DNA from: Nitrosopumilus sp.
GTDB lineage: Archaea; Thermoproteota; Nitrososphaeria; Nitrososphaerales; Nitrosopumilaceae
Direction: 5' to 3'
Length of the DNA stretch: 64,000 bases
NCBI GenBank assembly: GCA_965219345.1
Contig: OZ244732.1
Coordinates: forward strand, 1,536,001-1,600,000
Both the position numbers and the translations under genes were made by a program. Within the stretch, counting starts at the first letter, position 1, and every line of letters begins with the position of its first letter. This document shows positions 19,468-29,911 of this stretch, piece by piece. The notes beneath the pieces were generated by a model. The model ran no database searches and was not told the origin of the DNA. It worked only from the letters and a program-made list of their open reading frames with translations.

Positions 19468-20199
19468 ATGAAAACATCCCTTTTTCTCATAATTGTTTTA
19501 ATTTCGGGTGCATTTGCAGGTACTATTCATGGTATGGTGAATTTTGCAATTGTCGAACCTTATCTTGATCAAGCAATTGAAATTGAAAACCAAAATCTAT
19601 TTGCATCAGGTGAAGAACAAGACACTCCTGAATTTTGGGCAGAATATGAAGGGTATAGAGTATGGCAAAAAAGTGGCCAGATTCTCGCTGAGACTATTTT
19701 AGGAACATCTGTTGGTGCATTATTTGGAATAGTATACGCGTTATCTAGAAATTCATTGCCAGGTAATAATGATCTTAAAAAGGCACTTGTCTTGGCCGGA
19801 ATAATGTGGTTTACAATATTTTTGATTCCATTTCTCAAATATCCGGCAAATCCGCCAACTGTAGGTGATCCTGAAACTGTTGTATTGAGATCTATCTTGT
19901 ATCTTTCTTTTATTGCAATTTCTGGGTTTGGCGCAGTTGCTTTTTTCAAATTATCAAAGAAATTCCAAAACAAGAAAAAACTTGTTGCAATTATTGGTTA
20001 TGGTATTTTCATATCCATTGTTTTCTTTGCAATGCCAGAAAATCCAGATGAAATTACTGCTCCAATGGATTTGGTGAATGAGTTTAGAATAATGTCATTC
20101 CTTGGTGTTACTTCTTTCTGGATTTCAATTGGTATAATTTTAGGATTCTTTTGGAATCGTTTTAGTCCTCATAAAGAAACTACTCAATATTATAACTAG
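19468..20199 (+). CDS. cbtA: cobalt transporter subunit CbtA
   Basis: EPYLDQAIEIE, PFLKYPANPPTVGDPET; follows cbtB. Confidence 0.9.
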   Translation: MKTSLFLIIVLISGAFAGTIHGMVNFAIVEPYLDQAIEIENQNLFASGEEQDTPEFWAEYEGYRVWQKSGQILAETILGTSVGALFGIVYALSRNSLPGNNDLKKALVLAGIMWFTIFLIPFLKYPANPPTVGDPETVVLRSILYLSFIAISGFGAVAFFKLSKKFQNKKKLVAIIGYGIFISIVFFAMPENPDEITAPMDLVNEFRIMSFLGVTSFWISIGIILGFFWNRFSPHKETTQYYN

Positions 20200-20221
20200 T
20201 TATTCTTACTCTCTAGAATGA
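20200..20221. promoter_or_regulatory. palindromic operator TTATTCTT-N6-TAGAATGA
   Basis: 16 nt upstream of TTTAAATA (20238-20245); a second copy lies at 20987-21008. Confidence 0.55.
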
Positions 20222-20269
20222 GAGCAAAAACATGTCGTTTAAATATTGTACCATAATTACGGAATCTAC

Positions 20270-20599
20270 ATGTCAAGACGACTTACTTTACCACAATTAA
20301 AAAAATATGATATTACTCAAAAAGTGATAGAAGCATTAGCAGATTCTGAATCTCGCGCAATTCTTTTCTCTATAATTAAAAAAGGAAATACTGCTGCAGA
20401 ACTCTCAGATAAACTCAAAATTCCTCTTAGCTCTGTATATAAAAAATTATCAGACCTTGAAGAACTTACACTAATTAAAGTTGAAAAATGGATGCTGTCT
20501 GATAAAGGTAGAAAATACAAAGTTTATCGCAGTAGAATTAGCAAAGCTGATATCTCCATTAAAAAACCTGAACCAATTCTTACACTGATTCCCAATTGA
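20270..20599 (+). CDS. ArsR-like winged-helix regulator
   Basis: ALAD.ESRAIL...TAAELSDKLKIPLSSVYKKL..LE. Confidence 0.88.
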   Translation: MSRRLTLPQLKKYDITQKVIEALADSESRAILFSIIKKGNTAAELSDKLKIPLSSVYKKLSDLEELTLIKVEKWMLSDKGRKYKVYRSRISKADISIKKPEPILTLIPN

Positions 20600-20608
20600 G
20601 TGATTTTA

Positions 20609-20959
20609 ATGTCAAAGCCAAACATAATCCAATTATCTGAATTTGATATCACTCAAAGAATTATTGAATCACTTAGTAGTGTATGTACAAGAGCAGTATT
20701 GTTTTCAATCAAAAATGAATCAAAAGATGCAACTCAGATTGCAGATGAATTAAAAATTTCACTTTCTACTGTTTACAAAACATTGTGTACTTTAGAAGAT
20801 CTTGCTCTTGTAGAGGTATACAAGTATATTATTTCATCAGAAGGAAAAAAGATCAAACAATATCGTAGTAGAATTGGTAAGGTGGAAATAACTTTAGAGA
20901 ACTCATATCCTAGTTTGAATTTGTATCCAAATACATCAAACCTTGAATCAAATTCTTAA
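20609..20959 (+). CDS. ArsR-like winged-helix regulator (paralog)
   Basis: ATQIADELKISLSTVYKTL..LE; YRSRI shared with upstream paralog. Confidence 0.88.
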   Translation: MSKPNIIQLSEFDITQRIIESLSSVCTRAVLFSIKNESKDATQIADELKISLSTVYKTLCTLEDLALVEVYKYIISSEGKKIKQYRSRIGKVEITLENSYPSLNLYPNTSNLESNS

Positions 20960-20986
20960 AAAAACCAATTGTCAATCTCGATATTC

Positions 20987-21021
20987 TCATTCTATGTACT
21001 TGGAATGAACCTTTAGAATGA
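20987..21021. promoter_or_regulatory. palindromic operator TCATTCTA-N6-TGGAATGA plus half-site TAGAATGA upstream of phnD
   Basis: Upstream of TTTAAATA at 21030-21037. Confidence 0.55.
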
Positions 21022-21067
21022 AAATCTAATTTAAATAACTTAGCTGAACCTAAGATTTTTGTAAATC

Positions 21068-22156
21068 ATGAAAAAACGAACAACGTTAGGATTATTTACT
21101 ATAATTGTTGCAATTGGCGTTGTAACAATTCCTTTGGTTCAGAATGCTGAAGCAGAGAGCCTAATTCCAGACTGGATTAAAACAAATGCAGGTTGGTGGG
21201 CTGATGGTACAATTGATGATACAACTTTTCTAAATGGAATTGAATTCCTTGTTGAAAATGGAATAATTAATGTCCCAACTGAATCAAAATCTATAGATGT
21301 TGACACCATCACTATTGGGTTTATTCCTGTTGAAAAAGCCGATGAGTTGACTCCAAAAGCTCAAGCTTTGGAAGAATTTCTTGAGAATAAAATTGATGTT
21401 GATATTGAAGTTGTTATTCCCACAGACTACGAGATTATTATTGAAGGAATGAGATTTGGCCATATTGATGCTGCTTTTATGGATACTGGACCTGCATGGA
21501 TTACACATCAAAGAACAGGCGCAGAAGCTGTACTGGCAGAACTTGTTGCAGGTAAAGTAAATTATCAAGCAACAGTTTGGACTTTGGCTGAAAACGATTC
21601 TATTAATTCATTAGAAGATACTGTTGGTAAAAAAGTGGCATTTACTAGCATTACAGGTTCATCAGGTTTTGTAAGACCTATGGGGACTTTGGTAACTGCT
21701 GGGCATGTCAACATTGAAGGAGACGATATAGTTGCATTGGAATCTGCATTGGTAAATAACTTTGAAAGTTACACTTTTGCAGGAGGTTATAAAGCAGCTT
21801 TACAATTACTTCTTAATGGTAATGTGGATGTAGCATTTGGCTCAGATATTGCTCCTCAAAAATATCTTGGATTAGAAGATCAAACAAAATTACGTCCAGT
21901 TACAACAATTGGATCTGTACCCTCACATGTATTCATGGTAAATACTGAAATGTCAGAATCAACACGTGATGCACTTGTTGATGCCCTTATCGAACTCAAC
22001 TATGATGAAAATAATTCTATTTTAACAGATTTATATGGTGCTGAAGCACTTGTTCCGACAACTACTACTATGCATATTGGTGAATTTGGGGAATTTATTA
22101 ATGCGTTAACCGGTCTTGATCAATTAATTCTTGACAAATACAACAAGAGTAAATAA
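21068..22156 (+). CDS. phnD: phosphonate/phosphite ABC transporter substrate-binding protein with thaumarchaeal IPDWIK..AGWWA domain
   Basis: PTDYE.IIEGMRFGHID, GKKVAFTSITGSSGF. Confidence 0.88.
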   Translation: MKKRTTLGLFTIIVAIGVVTIPLVQNAEAESLIPDWIKTNAGWWADGTIDDTTFLNGIEFLVENGIINVPTESKSIDVDTITIGFIPVEKADELTPKAQALEEFLENKIDVDIEVVIPTDYEIIIEGMRFGHIDAAFMDTGPAWITHQRTGAEAVLAELVAGKVNYQATVWTLAENDSINSLEDTVGKKVAFTSITGSSGFVRPMGTLVTAGHVNIEGDDIVALESALVNNFESYTFAGGYKAALQLLLNGNVDVAFGSDIAPQKYLGLEDQTKLRPVTTIGSVPSHVFMVNTEMSESTRDALVDALIELNYDENNSILTDLYGAEALVPTTTTMHIGEFGEFINALTGLDQLILDKYNKSK

Positions 22157-22173
22157 AAACTAGCATTTTTAGG

Positions 22174-23004
22174 ATGATACAAACTCAGATGACTCCTGAC
22201 TCTTCTTTTTCACTAATTTCCACAAATAAGATTATACAAATGAGTGATGTCTCGACATCTTATGATTCTAAAAATTTTGCATTAAAAGGAATCAACTTAT
22301 CCATTGATAGGGGAACAAATTATGCAATTATAGGACAATCTGGTTCTGGAAAATCTACTTTACTCAAATTAATGAACGGAATGATGATTCCTAGCAAAGG
22401 AACAATCAAAATTGATTATGTTTCTCCTAACATGAATGATAGAAAATTCAAAAATATGATGCATACTATTGGCTACATTCCTCAAAGTCTTGGATTAATA
22501 AAAAACATCACAGTTCTTGAAAATACTCTCATCGGTGCACTCCCAAGACTCAACAAAACTCAATCATTACTTAAGAGATTTCCAGAACATGAGATTAAAG
22601 AGGCTAAAAGAATTCTAAATTTAGTCGGGTTGTCTGGAAAAGAAACTAGAAAAGCCTACATGCTTAGTGGTGGTGAAAAGAGAAGAGTTGCTATTGCTCG
22701 AGCGTTAATGCAAAAACCTTCAATATTGTTAGCAGACGAAATTGTTTCAGAATTAGATTATGTGACTGCTCATGAAATAATGGATTTGATTGCAGACGCC
22801 CAAAAACGAATGAATCTAACAGCAATTATGGTTCACCATGACATGCAACTAGCATTAGAGTATGCAAATAGAGTCGCAGTTATCAAAGAAGGGCAAAAAA
22901 TTTTAGAGATTGGTGTTGAAGGTGACGCTATAGTTGATTTTCAAACGGGTGATATGAACACCGATGATATTATGGAGATGTATGCTGATGACACCCAAAA
23001 ATAA
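22174..23004 (+). CDS. phnC: phosphonate ABC transporter ATP-binding protein
   Basis: GQSGSGKST, LSGGEKRRVAIARALMQ. Confidence 0.9.
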   Translation: MIQTQMTPDSSFSLISTNKIIQMSDVSTSYDSKNFALKGINLSIDRGTNYAIIGQSGSGKSTLLKLMNGMMIPSKGTIKIDYVSPNMNDRKFKNMMHTIGYIPQSLGLIKNITVLENTLIGALPRLNKTQSLLKRFPEHEIKEAKRILNLVGLSGKETRKAYMLSGGEKRRVAIARALMQKPSILLADEIVSELDYVTAHEIMDLIADAQKRMNLTAIMVHHDMQLALEYANRVAVIKEGQKILEIGVEGDAIVDFQTGDMNTDDIMEMYADDTQK

Positions 23005-23773
23005 TATTGTTATTGGAATCATTATTGGATTAGTAGTAATTGCATCTTACAATGTAGATGCTAATCCTATAGAGTTTGTTGAAGGATTACCAAATCTTGC
23101 AATCGTTGCTGAAGAAATGCTTTTAGTTGAACCAAAATACGTCCCAACTGCTATTTGGGCAATGTTTGAAACTATTCAAATGGCATTTATTGGAACAATA
23201 GTTGGTTTTGCAATTGCATTACCACTAAGTATGCTTGCTGCAAGGAACCTTAACAGCAAATATGTTTATGCCCCAGTTCGTGCCTTGTTAGCAGCTATTC
23301 GTACATTTCCATCAATTTTGTGGGCAATCTTATTTGTAATTATGGTTGGGTTGGGTCCTTTTGCAGGAGTTTTGGCAATTATCATGTATACCGTGGGATT
23401 TGTTGCCAAATTACAATACGAAGCAATTGAAACAATTGATTCTGATCCTATGGATGCAGTAAGCTCAATTGGAGTATCAAAATGGCAATTGATTCGTTAT
23501 GTTGTAATTCCTGAATCAGCTTCTCATCTGCTTAGCCAATTGCTTTACATGTTTGATTATAATATTCGTCAAACCAGTATTCTTGGATTAGTAGGTGCTG
23601 GTGGAATTGGTTTTTACATTATCAACTATATCAAATTCTTTGAGTATGGAAAAGCAGCAGTTTTCATGTTAGTAGTACTGATTACTGTTTTGATAATTGA
23701 TTGGGTTAGTGTAAAGATTAGAGACAAGTATATCATTAAATCACAACACGGGATGGAAGTTACTACAAAATAG
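22988..23773 (+). CDS. phnE: phosphonate ABC transporter permease
   Basis: ETIQMAFIGT, IRTFP, YNIRQTSILGLVGAGGIG. Confidence 0.92.
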   Translation: MTPKNNIVIGIIIGLVVIASYNVDANPIEFVEGLPNLAIVAEEMLLVEPKYVPTAIWAMFETIQMAFIGTIVGFAIALPLSMLAARNLNSKYVYAPVRALLAAIRTFPSILWAILFVIMVGLGPFAGVLAIIMYTVGFVAKLQYEAIETIDSDPMDAVSSIGVSKWQLIRYVVIPESASHLLSQLLYMFDYNIRQTSILGLVGAGGIGFYIINYIKFFEYGKAAVFMLVVLITVLIIDWVSVKIRDKYIIKSQHGMEVTTK

Positions 23774-23788
23774 ATTTCTTTAGTAATT

Positions 23789-24814
23789 TTAGGTTGTAAT
23801 TTTATCTAATTGATTAGATTCAACTGCTGTTTTTACCTCTCTTGCAATTCTTTTACCCATACTCATAGGCTCATTAAACAAGAAGGAGTAGTATGGAGAA
23901 CCATCAGTGTAGATATTGGTTCCTGCAACAATCCTCGCTGAAAATTCAAATGATGTGAATTTTGCATTTTCATCATAAACGCCTTCTATACAAAATGGTC
24001 CATTCATACCTGGTGATACTAGTTTTTTAGATGCATCAACAAAGTTTTCTCCCATTTTGTATACTTCATCTAAAAGTGATTCTCTTAAAACCAGAGGACT
24101 ATTCCCAATTACATTGAATGATGGAACCTTATCGCTTTTTAGTTGTTGTTCTGATGGGATTCTAGCTAGACCTTCAATATCTGATTCATGTCTTTGATCA
24201 GCTCCAAAGAACTCTAATTCTTCTTTTAGCGGAGAATAAAAGAATTGTAAATAAGCTAACACTCCTACTGCATATTCTTGAATGTAAAGTATTTCATCTT
24301 TTGAAATTGTTCCTTCTGAAATCAATTGGTTTCTTTTTGTGTTGTAATCATCTTCATTTGCTGCCAAAAAGTACCCTTTTCCACCTGCTGCCCCTTGTCT
24401 TTTTACAATTGCCAAATTATTGATATCTTTAGGATTTGATACTGGTTTTGGAATAGGTAGATTTGCTTCTCTCATTAGTTTCTCTTTCATCTCTCTATCT
24501 GATTCCCATCTTAGAATCCATTTGTTACCAAAGATAGGAGTCTTTATTGATTCAATCTCTTCAGAATTCATTTGCGCAATTAACGTTCCATGTGGAATTA
24601 ACACCGCATTGTTTTGTTCTAGGACTGATTGGCATTTTTGGTCTAGAATTTCTTTGAAAGAATCTACCATAATTAGTTCATCAATAAATGGAAATCTTCG
24701 ATATAGTTTTTCACGTTTTTTTTCACACACTAGTATAGTTTTTAGACCTTCATCTTTTGCACCTTTGAGAACTTGAAGTGCACAGTGAGACCCAAGTGTA
24801 GCAATAGATGTCAT
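23789..24814 (-). CDS. purP: PurP-family formate--AICAR ligase (ATP-grasp)
   Basis: ATLGSHCALQ, PHGT, GGKGYF, FEFSARIVAGTN. Confidence 0.9.
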   Translation of the reverse strand: MTSIATLGSHCALQVLKGAKDEGLKTILVCEKKREKLYRRFPFIDELIMVDSFKEILDQKCQSVLEQNNAVLIPHGTLIAQMNSEEIESIKTPIFGNKWILRWESDREMKEKLMREANLPIPKPVSNPKDINNLAIVKRQGAAGGKGYFLAANEDDYNTKRNQLISEGTISKDEILYIQEYAVGVLAYLQFFYSPLKEELEFFGADQRHESDIEGLARIPSEQQLKSDKVPSFNVIGNSPLVLRESLLDEVYKMGENFVDASKKLVSPGMNGPFCIEGVYDENAKFTSFEFSARIVAGTNIYTDGSPYYSFLFNEPMSMGKRIAREVKTAVESNQLDKITT

Positions 24815-24841
24815 ATTATGCCTTCCCTAACATTTTGTACC

Positions 24842-25051
24842 TTATGAACTATGTGTGGTTGAAACGTATTGAAATATATCGTCTATCAATTCAATGCTTA
24901 ATTCTGATTTGATATCTTCAGGAACCACCCTTAGCACAAAATCATACATTGTTGTATTTTCAGGAAGGTCACCTCTTTCTTGTAATAACGAGAAAACTGC
25001 AATTCCATTTGAGATGATTGCTACAATCTTTTCTTTGTTAGTAAGAGCCAT
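24842..25051 (-). CDS. conserved hypothetical protein
   Basis: 69-aa ORF upstream of purP. Confidence 0.7.
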   Translation of the reverse strand: MALTNKEKIVAIISNGIAVFSLLQERGDLPENTTMYDFVLRVVPEDIKSELSIELIDDIFQYVSTTHSS

Positions 25052-25168
25052 AACATCTATGAAAAATCGTGGTAATTTAATGTAAATCTGGTTATTGAAA
25101 ATTAAGGTATTAGTTCATTATTTTGTGTAAAAATTAATTACACCATGGAATATGAAATAAAGTAAATT

Positions 25169-26479
25169 ATGATAGAAACTGAATTAGGAAATTTACGTAG
25201 ATCTCATTATTCTGATGAAATTAACTCGTCCATGGATGGGACTTTAGTAACCATAATGGGTTGGATTTTAACAATACGAGGACATGGTAACATTAGTTTT
25301 GCTACAATCCGTGACAAAAATGGTGATATCTCAGTTGTTGCAAAAAAGGGAGATTGTTCAGATGATATTCGCGAAAAAATATCTTCACTAAAAGCACATT
25401 CTTCAATTGCTATTACTGGAAAAGTAAAATCCTCGGAAAAGGCACCTTGTGGATTTGAGATAATTCCAACTGAACTAAGGGTCTTTTCAGAAGTTGAAAA
25501 GGTTCCTCCTTTTGAGCCAACTGCAAAAACTGTCAAAAATATTGATACGAGATTAGAGGTAAGACCTATTGATTTAAGACGTAAGCCTCTCCAGCATATT
25601 TTCAATGCTAGAAGTCTAGTCTTAAAGTCAATCCGAGATTATTTTAATTCTCAAAATTTTACTGAAATCAATACTCCAAAAATGATTGCTACAGCTACTG
25701 AAGGTGGGGCCGCATTATTTGCAATCTTTTATTACAACAAAGAAGCTTTCCTGGCACAAAGTCCGCAATTGTATAAAGAACAATTAACGATGAGCTTTGA
25801 AAAAGTCTTTGAGATTGCTCCAATTTTTAGAGCAGAACCATCTAGAACTAATCGTCATTTAGCAGAGGCCATCTCTATTGATTTGGAAGAAGCATTTGTT
25901 GATTACAATGATGTAATGAATAGGACAGAAGATATCATCAAAATTTCAATTAAAACTGTTAATGATTATGTAAAAGATAATCCTGATGCTGAATTTATAA
26001 TTCCTGGCATTCCAGAAAACATTCCTCGATATTCTTATGATGAATTAGTAGATAAAATGAAAAAGGCAGAAGTGAAAACTGAATGGGGAGATGACTTGTA
26101 TCCGTCTAATCTCAAAAAGATCGGTCTTGATGGATTTTACTTTATCACCGATTGGCCTTTGGGCCCAAAACCATTTTATGTAAAAGATAGCAAATCAAAC
26201 CCAAAAATTTCTGAATCCTTTGATTTGATGTATGGGGATTTAGAACTGTCTTCAGGTAGTACCAGAATTGAAAAACGAGACGAACTAGCTGAGAGAATGA
26301 AGAACAAAGGAATGAAAACTGATGCATTTGAATATCACCTTGGCGCATTTGATTATGGTGTTCCACCTCATGCTGGTTGTGGAATTGGTTTAGAGAGGCT
26401 CATTATGGCTCTTACTGGCACAGAAAACATCCGAGATGTAACATTTTATCCAAGAGATGTTGACAGATTAACACCCTAG
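25169..26479 (+). CDS. aspS: aspartate--tRNA(Asp/Asn) ligase, non-discriminating
   Basis: LAQSPQLYKE, FRAE, PPHAGCGIGLER; operon with gatCAB. Confidence 0.97.
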   Translation: MIETELGNLRRSHYSDEINSSMDGTLVTIMGWILTIRGHGNISFATIRDKNGDISVVAKKGDCSDDIREKISSLKAHSSIAITGKVKSSEKAPCGFEIIPTELRVFSEVEKVPPFEPTAKTVKNIDTRLEVRPIDLRRKPLQHIFNARSLVLKSIRDYFNSQNFTEINTPKMIATATEGGAALFAIFYYNKEAFLAQSPQLYKEQLTMSFEKVFEIAPIFRAEPSRTNRHLAEAISIDLEEAFVDYNDVMNRTEDIIKISIKTVNDYVKDNPDAEFIIPGIPENIPRYSYDELVDKMKKAEVKTEWGDDLYPSNLKKIGLDGFYFITDWPLGPKPFYVKDSKSNPKISESFDLMYGDLELSSGSTRIEKRDELAERMKNKGMKTDAFEYHLGAFDYGVPPHAGCGIGLERLIMALTGTENIRDVTFYPRDVDRLTP

Positions 26480-26485
26480 GTGTAA

Positions 26486-26758
26486 GTGATGGTTACTGAA
26501 GAAGAAATTGAACATGTGGCAAAATTAATGAGGATTGAAGTTGATGATCATAAAGAATTTGTAGACAAAGTACATGCAATGATTGATTATTTTGATGTTT
26601 TGGATTCTGCAGGTGTTGAATCTGAAAAAATCTCAATGCATGAAATCCCAATTTCTAATCTACGAGAAGATGAATATATTCCATTTAATGAAAAACTAAT
26701 CTACAAACTAAACAACTACAAAGGGACCTATGTTCGAGCACCAAAGATGTCTACATGA
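26486..26758 (+). CDS. gatC: Asp/Glu-tRNA amidotransferase subunit C
   Basis: EEIEHVAKL.RI, LRED, YVRAPK. Confidence 0.9.
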   Translation: MMVTEEEIEHVAKLMRIEVDDHKEFVDKVHAMIDYFDVLDSAGVESEKISMHEIPISNLREDEYIPFNEKLIYKLNNYKGTYVRAPKMST

Positions 26759-28200
26759 ATCTCAAAATCTCTGCCCTTGAATTTGTCGAAGAAGTAAAAA
26801 ATGGAAATATTTCTGCTGAGGATTTTGTTGCAAAAACTCTAGAAAGAATACAAAGTGTTGATGATAAACTTCATGCTTTCTTATCTGTTAATGAAGAAGC
26901 AGTAGATAAAGCACAAGAGATTGACAAGAAAGTAAAATCCGGAGATAAAGTTGGTGCATGTTTTGGAATGCCAATTTCAATTAAAGATAACATCTGCATA
27001 AAAGACAGTAAAACAACATGTGCTTCAAAAATGCTTGAAAATTTTGTTGCTCCTTATGATGCAACCGTCATAACAAAATTAAAAGAACAAGATGCCGTAT
27101 TTATTGGAAAAGTAAATCTTGATGAATTTGCTATGGGATTAACAACTGAATTTAGTGCGTTTGGTCCAAGCAAAAATCCATGGAATACTGAATACGTTCC
27201 AGGTGGGTCTTCTGGCGGTAGTGCAGTTTCTGTAAGTTCTTTTGAATGTATTGCATCATTGGGCTCTGATACAGGTGGCTCTGTTAGAAACCCTGCAAGC
27301 TTTTGTTCTACAGTCGGATACAAACCAACGTATAGCTTAATCAGCAGATATGGCTTGATTTCCTATTCAAATAGCATTGAGCAAATTGGACCACTAACTA
27401 GAACTGTAAAAGACGCTGCCTTTATGCTGAATATTGTCTCTGGATTAGACGTTAACGATAATACTACTATGAATAACAAAAATGAAGATTATCTCTCAGA
27501 AATTGATTCTGGCATAGAAGGTAAGAAAATTGGTATTATCAAAGAGATGATTGGTGAGGGTATCGATCCTGCAGTATTTTCTGCAACAAAAGATGCCATA
27601 ACAAAATTAGAGAATCTTGGGGCCATATGCGAAGAAGTATCCTTAGATATGGTCAAGTATTCTGTTGCAGCATACTATACAATTACTGCAACTGAGGCTG
27701 GAAGTAATCTTGCAAGATATGATAATTTGAGATATGGGTATGATTTTTCAGTTGAAGGATATGAGTTTAATTCCTATATTGCAAAAGCAAGAAAAAACTT
27801 TGGCCCAGAAGTTATCCGAAGAATGATAATTGGAGGATTTGTTCCATCTGCAGGGCAAGCAGGAAAATATTTCCTAAAGGCTATGAAAGTAAAAAGTAAA
27901 CTTAGCAAAGAAGTTGATGAGGCTTTTAAAAAATATGATTTACTAATTGCACCAACCGTTCCAATTTTACCATTTAAAATTGGTGAAAAAATTGATGATC
28001 CGGTTTCATTATTCTTAGTTGATATTAATACTGTTACTGCAAATCTTACTGGAAAACCTGCCATCTCGATTCCATTTACGATTTCAAATGGATTGCCAAT
28101 TGGAATACAATTATTGGCAGATTCTATGAATGACAAATTACTATTACAAGCAGCTCGTGCATTAGAGAAAACTGTCAGATTGCCAGAGGTTCCCATATGA
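26755..28200 (+). CDS. gatA: Asp/Glu-tRNA amidotransferase subunit A
   Basis: IKDNI, PGGSSGGSA, GSDTGGSVR. Confidence 0.97.
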   Translation: MNLKISALEFVEEVKNGNISAEDFVAKTLERIQSVDDKLHAFLSVNEEAVDKAQEIDKKVKSGDKVGACFGMPISIKDNICIKDSKTTCASKMLENFVAPYDATVITKLKEQDAVFIGKVNLDEFAMGLTTEFSAFGPSKNPWNTEYVPGGSSGGSAVSVSSFECIASLGSDTGGSVRNPASFCSTVGYKPTYSLISRYGLISYSNSIEQIGPLTRTVKDAAFMLNIVSGLDVNDNTTMNNKNEDYLSEIDSGIEGKKIGIIKEMIGEGIDPAVFSATKDAITKLENLGAICEEVSLDMVKYSVAAYYTITATEAGSNLARYDNLRYGYDFSVEGYEFNSYIAKARKNFGPEVIRRMIIGGFVPSAGQAGKYFLKAMKVKSKLSKEVDEAFKKYDLLIAPTVPILPFKIGEKIDDPVSLFLVDINTVTANLTGKPAISIPFTISNGLPIGIQLLADSMNDKLLLQAARALEKTVRLPEVPI

Positions 28201-29600
28201 CCAAAATTGGATTAGAGATTCACTGCCAATTGACAAATCTTGAAAGCAAATTGTTTTGCTCATGTAAAGCAAACTATCGAGAATTTGAAATTAATGAAAA
28301 TATTTGCCCAATTTGTGTAGGGTTGCCAGGAAGTTTACCTAGATTAAATCAAGAAGCCGTTAAAAAAGCAACAATGATTGCCATGGCTCTTAATTGTAGT
28401 ACACCAGATAAAATTGCATTTTTTAGGAAAAATTACTTTTATCCAGATTTACCAAAAAACTTCCAAATTACTCAGCTTAACATTTACGGAGACACCAGTA
28501 TTGGCGGTATAGGCTCAATAATGGTAGGTGATAAAAAAATCAACATCACTAGAATTCAGCTAGAAGAAGACCCTGGCAGACTAATTTACGAAGGAAGTTC
28601 CTCTAAAAATCAAATAACTTTGGTAGATTACAATCGTGCTGGTACCCCCTTAGTTGAAATTGTTACGGAACCTGACTTTGAGAGCCCAAAGCAAGTTAGA
28701 GACTTTCTTAACATTTTGTCTGATTTACTTGAAAATCTTGGCGTATCAGATCCTAGTTTGGAAGGTGCAATGAGGGCTGATGCTAATGTTTCAATTGAAG
28801 GAGGAAAAAAAGTTGAAATCAAAAATATTGGGTCTTTTCATGATTTAGAAAAAGCTACTATTTTTGAAATTACAAGACAAAAAAGCTTGCATTCTAGAGA
28901 TATAGAAATAATTCAAGAAACCCGTCATTGGGATGACAAGAGAAAGATTACAGTTTCATCACGTTCCAAAGAAGAAGACTTGGATTATCGTTATTTTCTA
29001 GAAGGCGATATACCATGGGTCAAAATTGATTCTGAGACTCAACAAAAACTAAAATCAAAAATGCCAGAAAGCATAATCTCTAAAAAAGAAAGATATATCT
29101 CACAATTCGATATTCCTGCACAAGTTGCAACTGTTTTATCATCTGACAAATTTTATTCTGATTTGTTTGAAAAATCTTATACTGAAAATAATGCAAAAGA
29201 TGTTGCAAATATTATTACAACTGATTTAATGGGGTTAGTTGATACACGGGAAAAACGTGAAAAATCAAAAATTACTCCAACACATCTAAAAGACTTAGTT
29301 GACTCAATTCAATCTGGAAAAATCTCTAGAAATTCTGCTAAAAATGCATTGTATGAAATTGTAAAAACTGGAAAGGATTTGTCTAAAGTAATGTCTGAAT
29401 TAGATCTTGGAAATGTATCTGATGAATCAGAATTATTAGGAATAATTAAAGAAGTTATATCTGAGGAGTCACATGCAGTAGAACAAGCAAAATCTAATCC
29501 ACAGACAATCAATTATCTAGTTGGAAAAGTAATGCAAAAGACAAAAGGAAAAGCAGATCCTACCTTAACCTTAGATTTGTTAAAAAAACAGATAGAGTAA
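28197..29600 (+). CDS. gatB: Asp/Glu-tRNA amidotransferase subunit B
   Basis: IGLEIHCQL, RKNYFYPDLPK, DYNRAGTPLVEIVTEPD. Confidence 0.98.
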   Translation: MTKIGLEIHCQLTNLESKLFCSCKANYREFEINENICPICVGLPGSLPRLNQEAVKKATMIAMALNCSTPDKIAFFRKNYFYPDLPKNFQITQLNIYGDTSIGGIGSIMVGDKKINITRIQLEEDPGRLIYEGSSSKNQITLVDYNRAGTPLVEIVTEPDFESPKQVRDFLNILSDLLENLGVSDPSLEGAMRADANVSIEGGKKVEIKNIGSFHDLEKATIFEITRQKSLHSRDIEIIQETRHWDDKRKITVSSRSKEEDLDYRYFLEGDIPWVKIDSETQQKLKSKMPESIISKKERYISQFDIPAQVATVLSSDKFYSDLFEKSYTENNAKDVANIITTDLMGLVDTREKREKSKITPTHLKDLVDSIQSGKISRNSAKNALYEIVKTGKDLSKVMSELDLGNVSDESELLGIIKEVISEESHAVEQAKSNPQTINYLVGKVMQKTKGKADPTLTLDLLKKQIE

Positions 29601-29603
29601 TTC

Positions 29604-29867
29604 ATGACTGATTTATCTTTAGAAGACATTGAATTCATCAAAATACTTGCCACTTCTGATACTACAATTCTTCAGGCAGGAATGAATGATGCAACTAGAC
29701 AGCGACTAGATAATCAAATAGGGATGATTTTACGTGAATATTATCATGAAAATACTATGAATACTGGAAATAAGTGCACTGAAAAATTTCTAAAAGCAGG
29801 CATTACTGAAGATGATAAAAAAGCTACAATTGCATGTGCAAGACGTCTCGGAATAGATATTTCATAA
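29604..29867 (+). CDS. hypothetical protein
   Basis: 87-aa ORF following gatB. Confidence 0.7.
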   Translation: MTDLSLEDIEFIKILATSDTTILQAGMNDATRQRLDNQIGMILREYYHENTMNTGNKCTEKFLKAGITEDDKKATIACARRLGIDIS

Positions 29868-29911
29868 ACCAAAAAATCTTTTTACACTCTTCAAGTTTGT
29901 AACATTATAAC

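Noticed and set aside
21068-23773. Phosphonate catabolism cluster
   Set aside because: Only the transporter is present, with no C-P lyase, phnX or ptxD; such transporters are already known in Nitrosopumilus.
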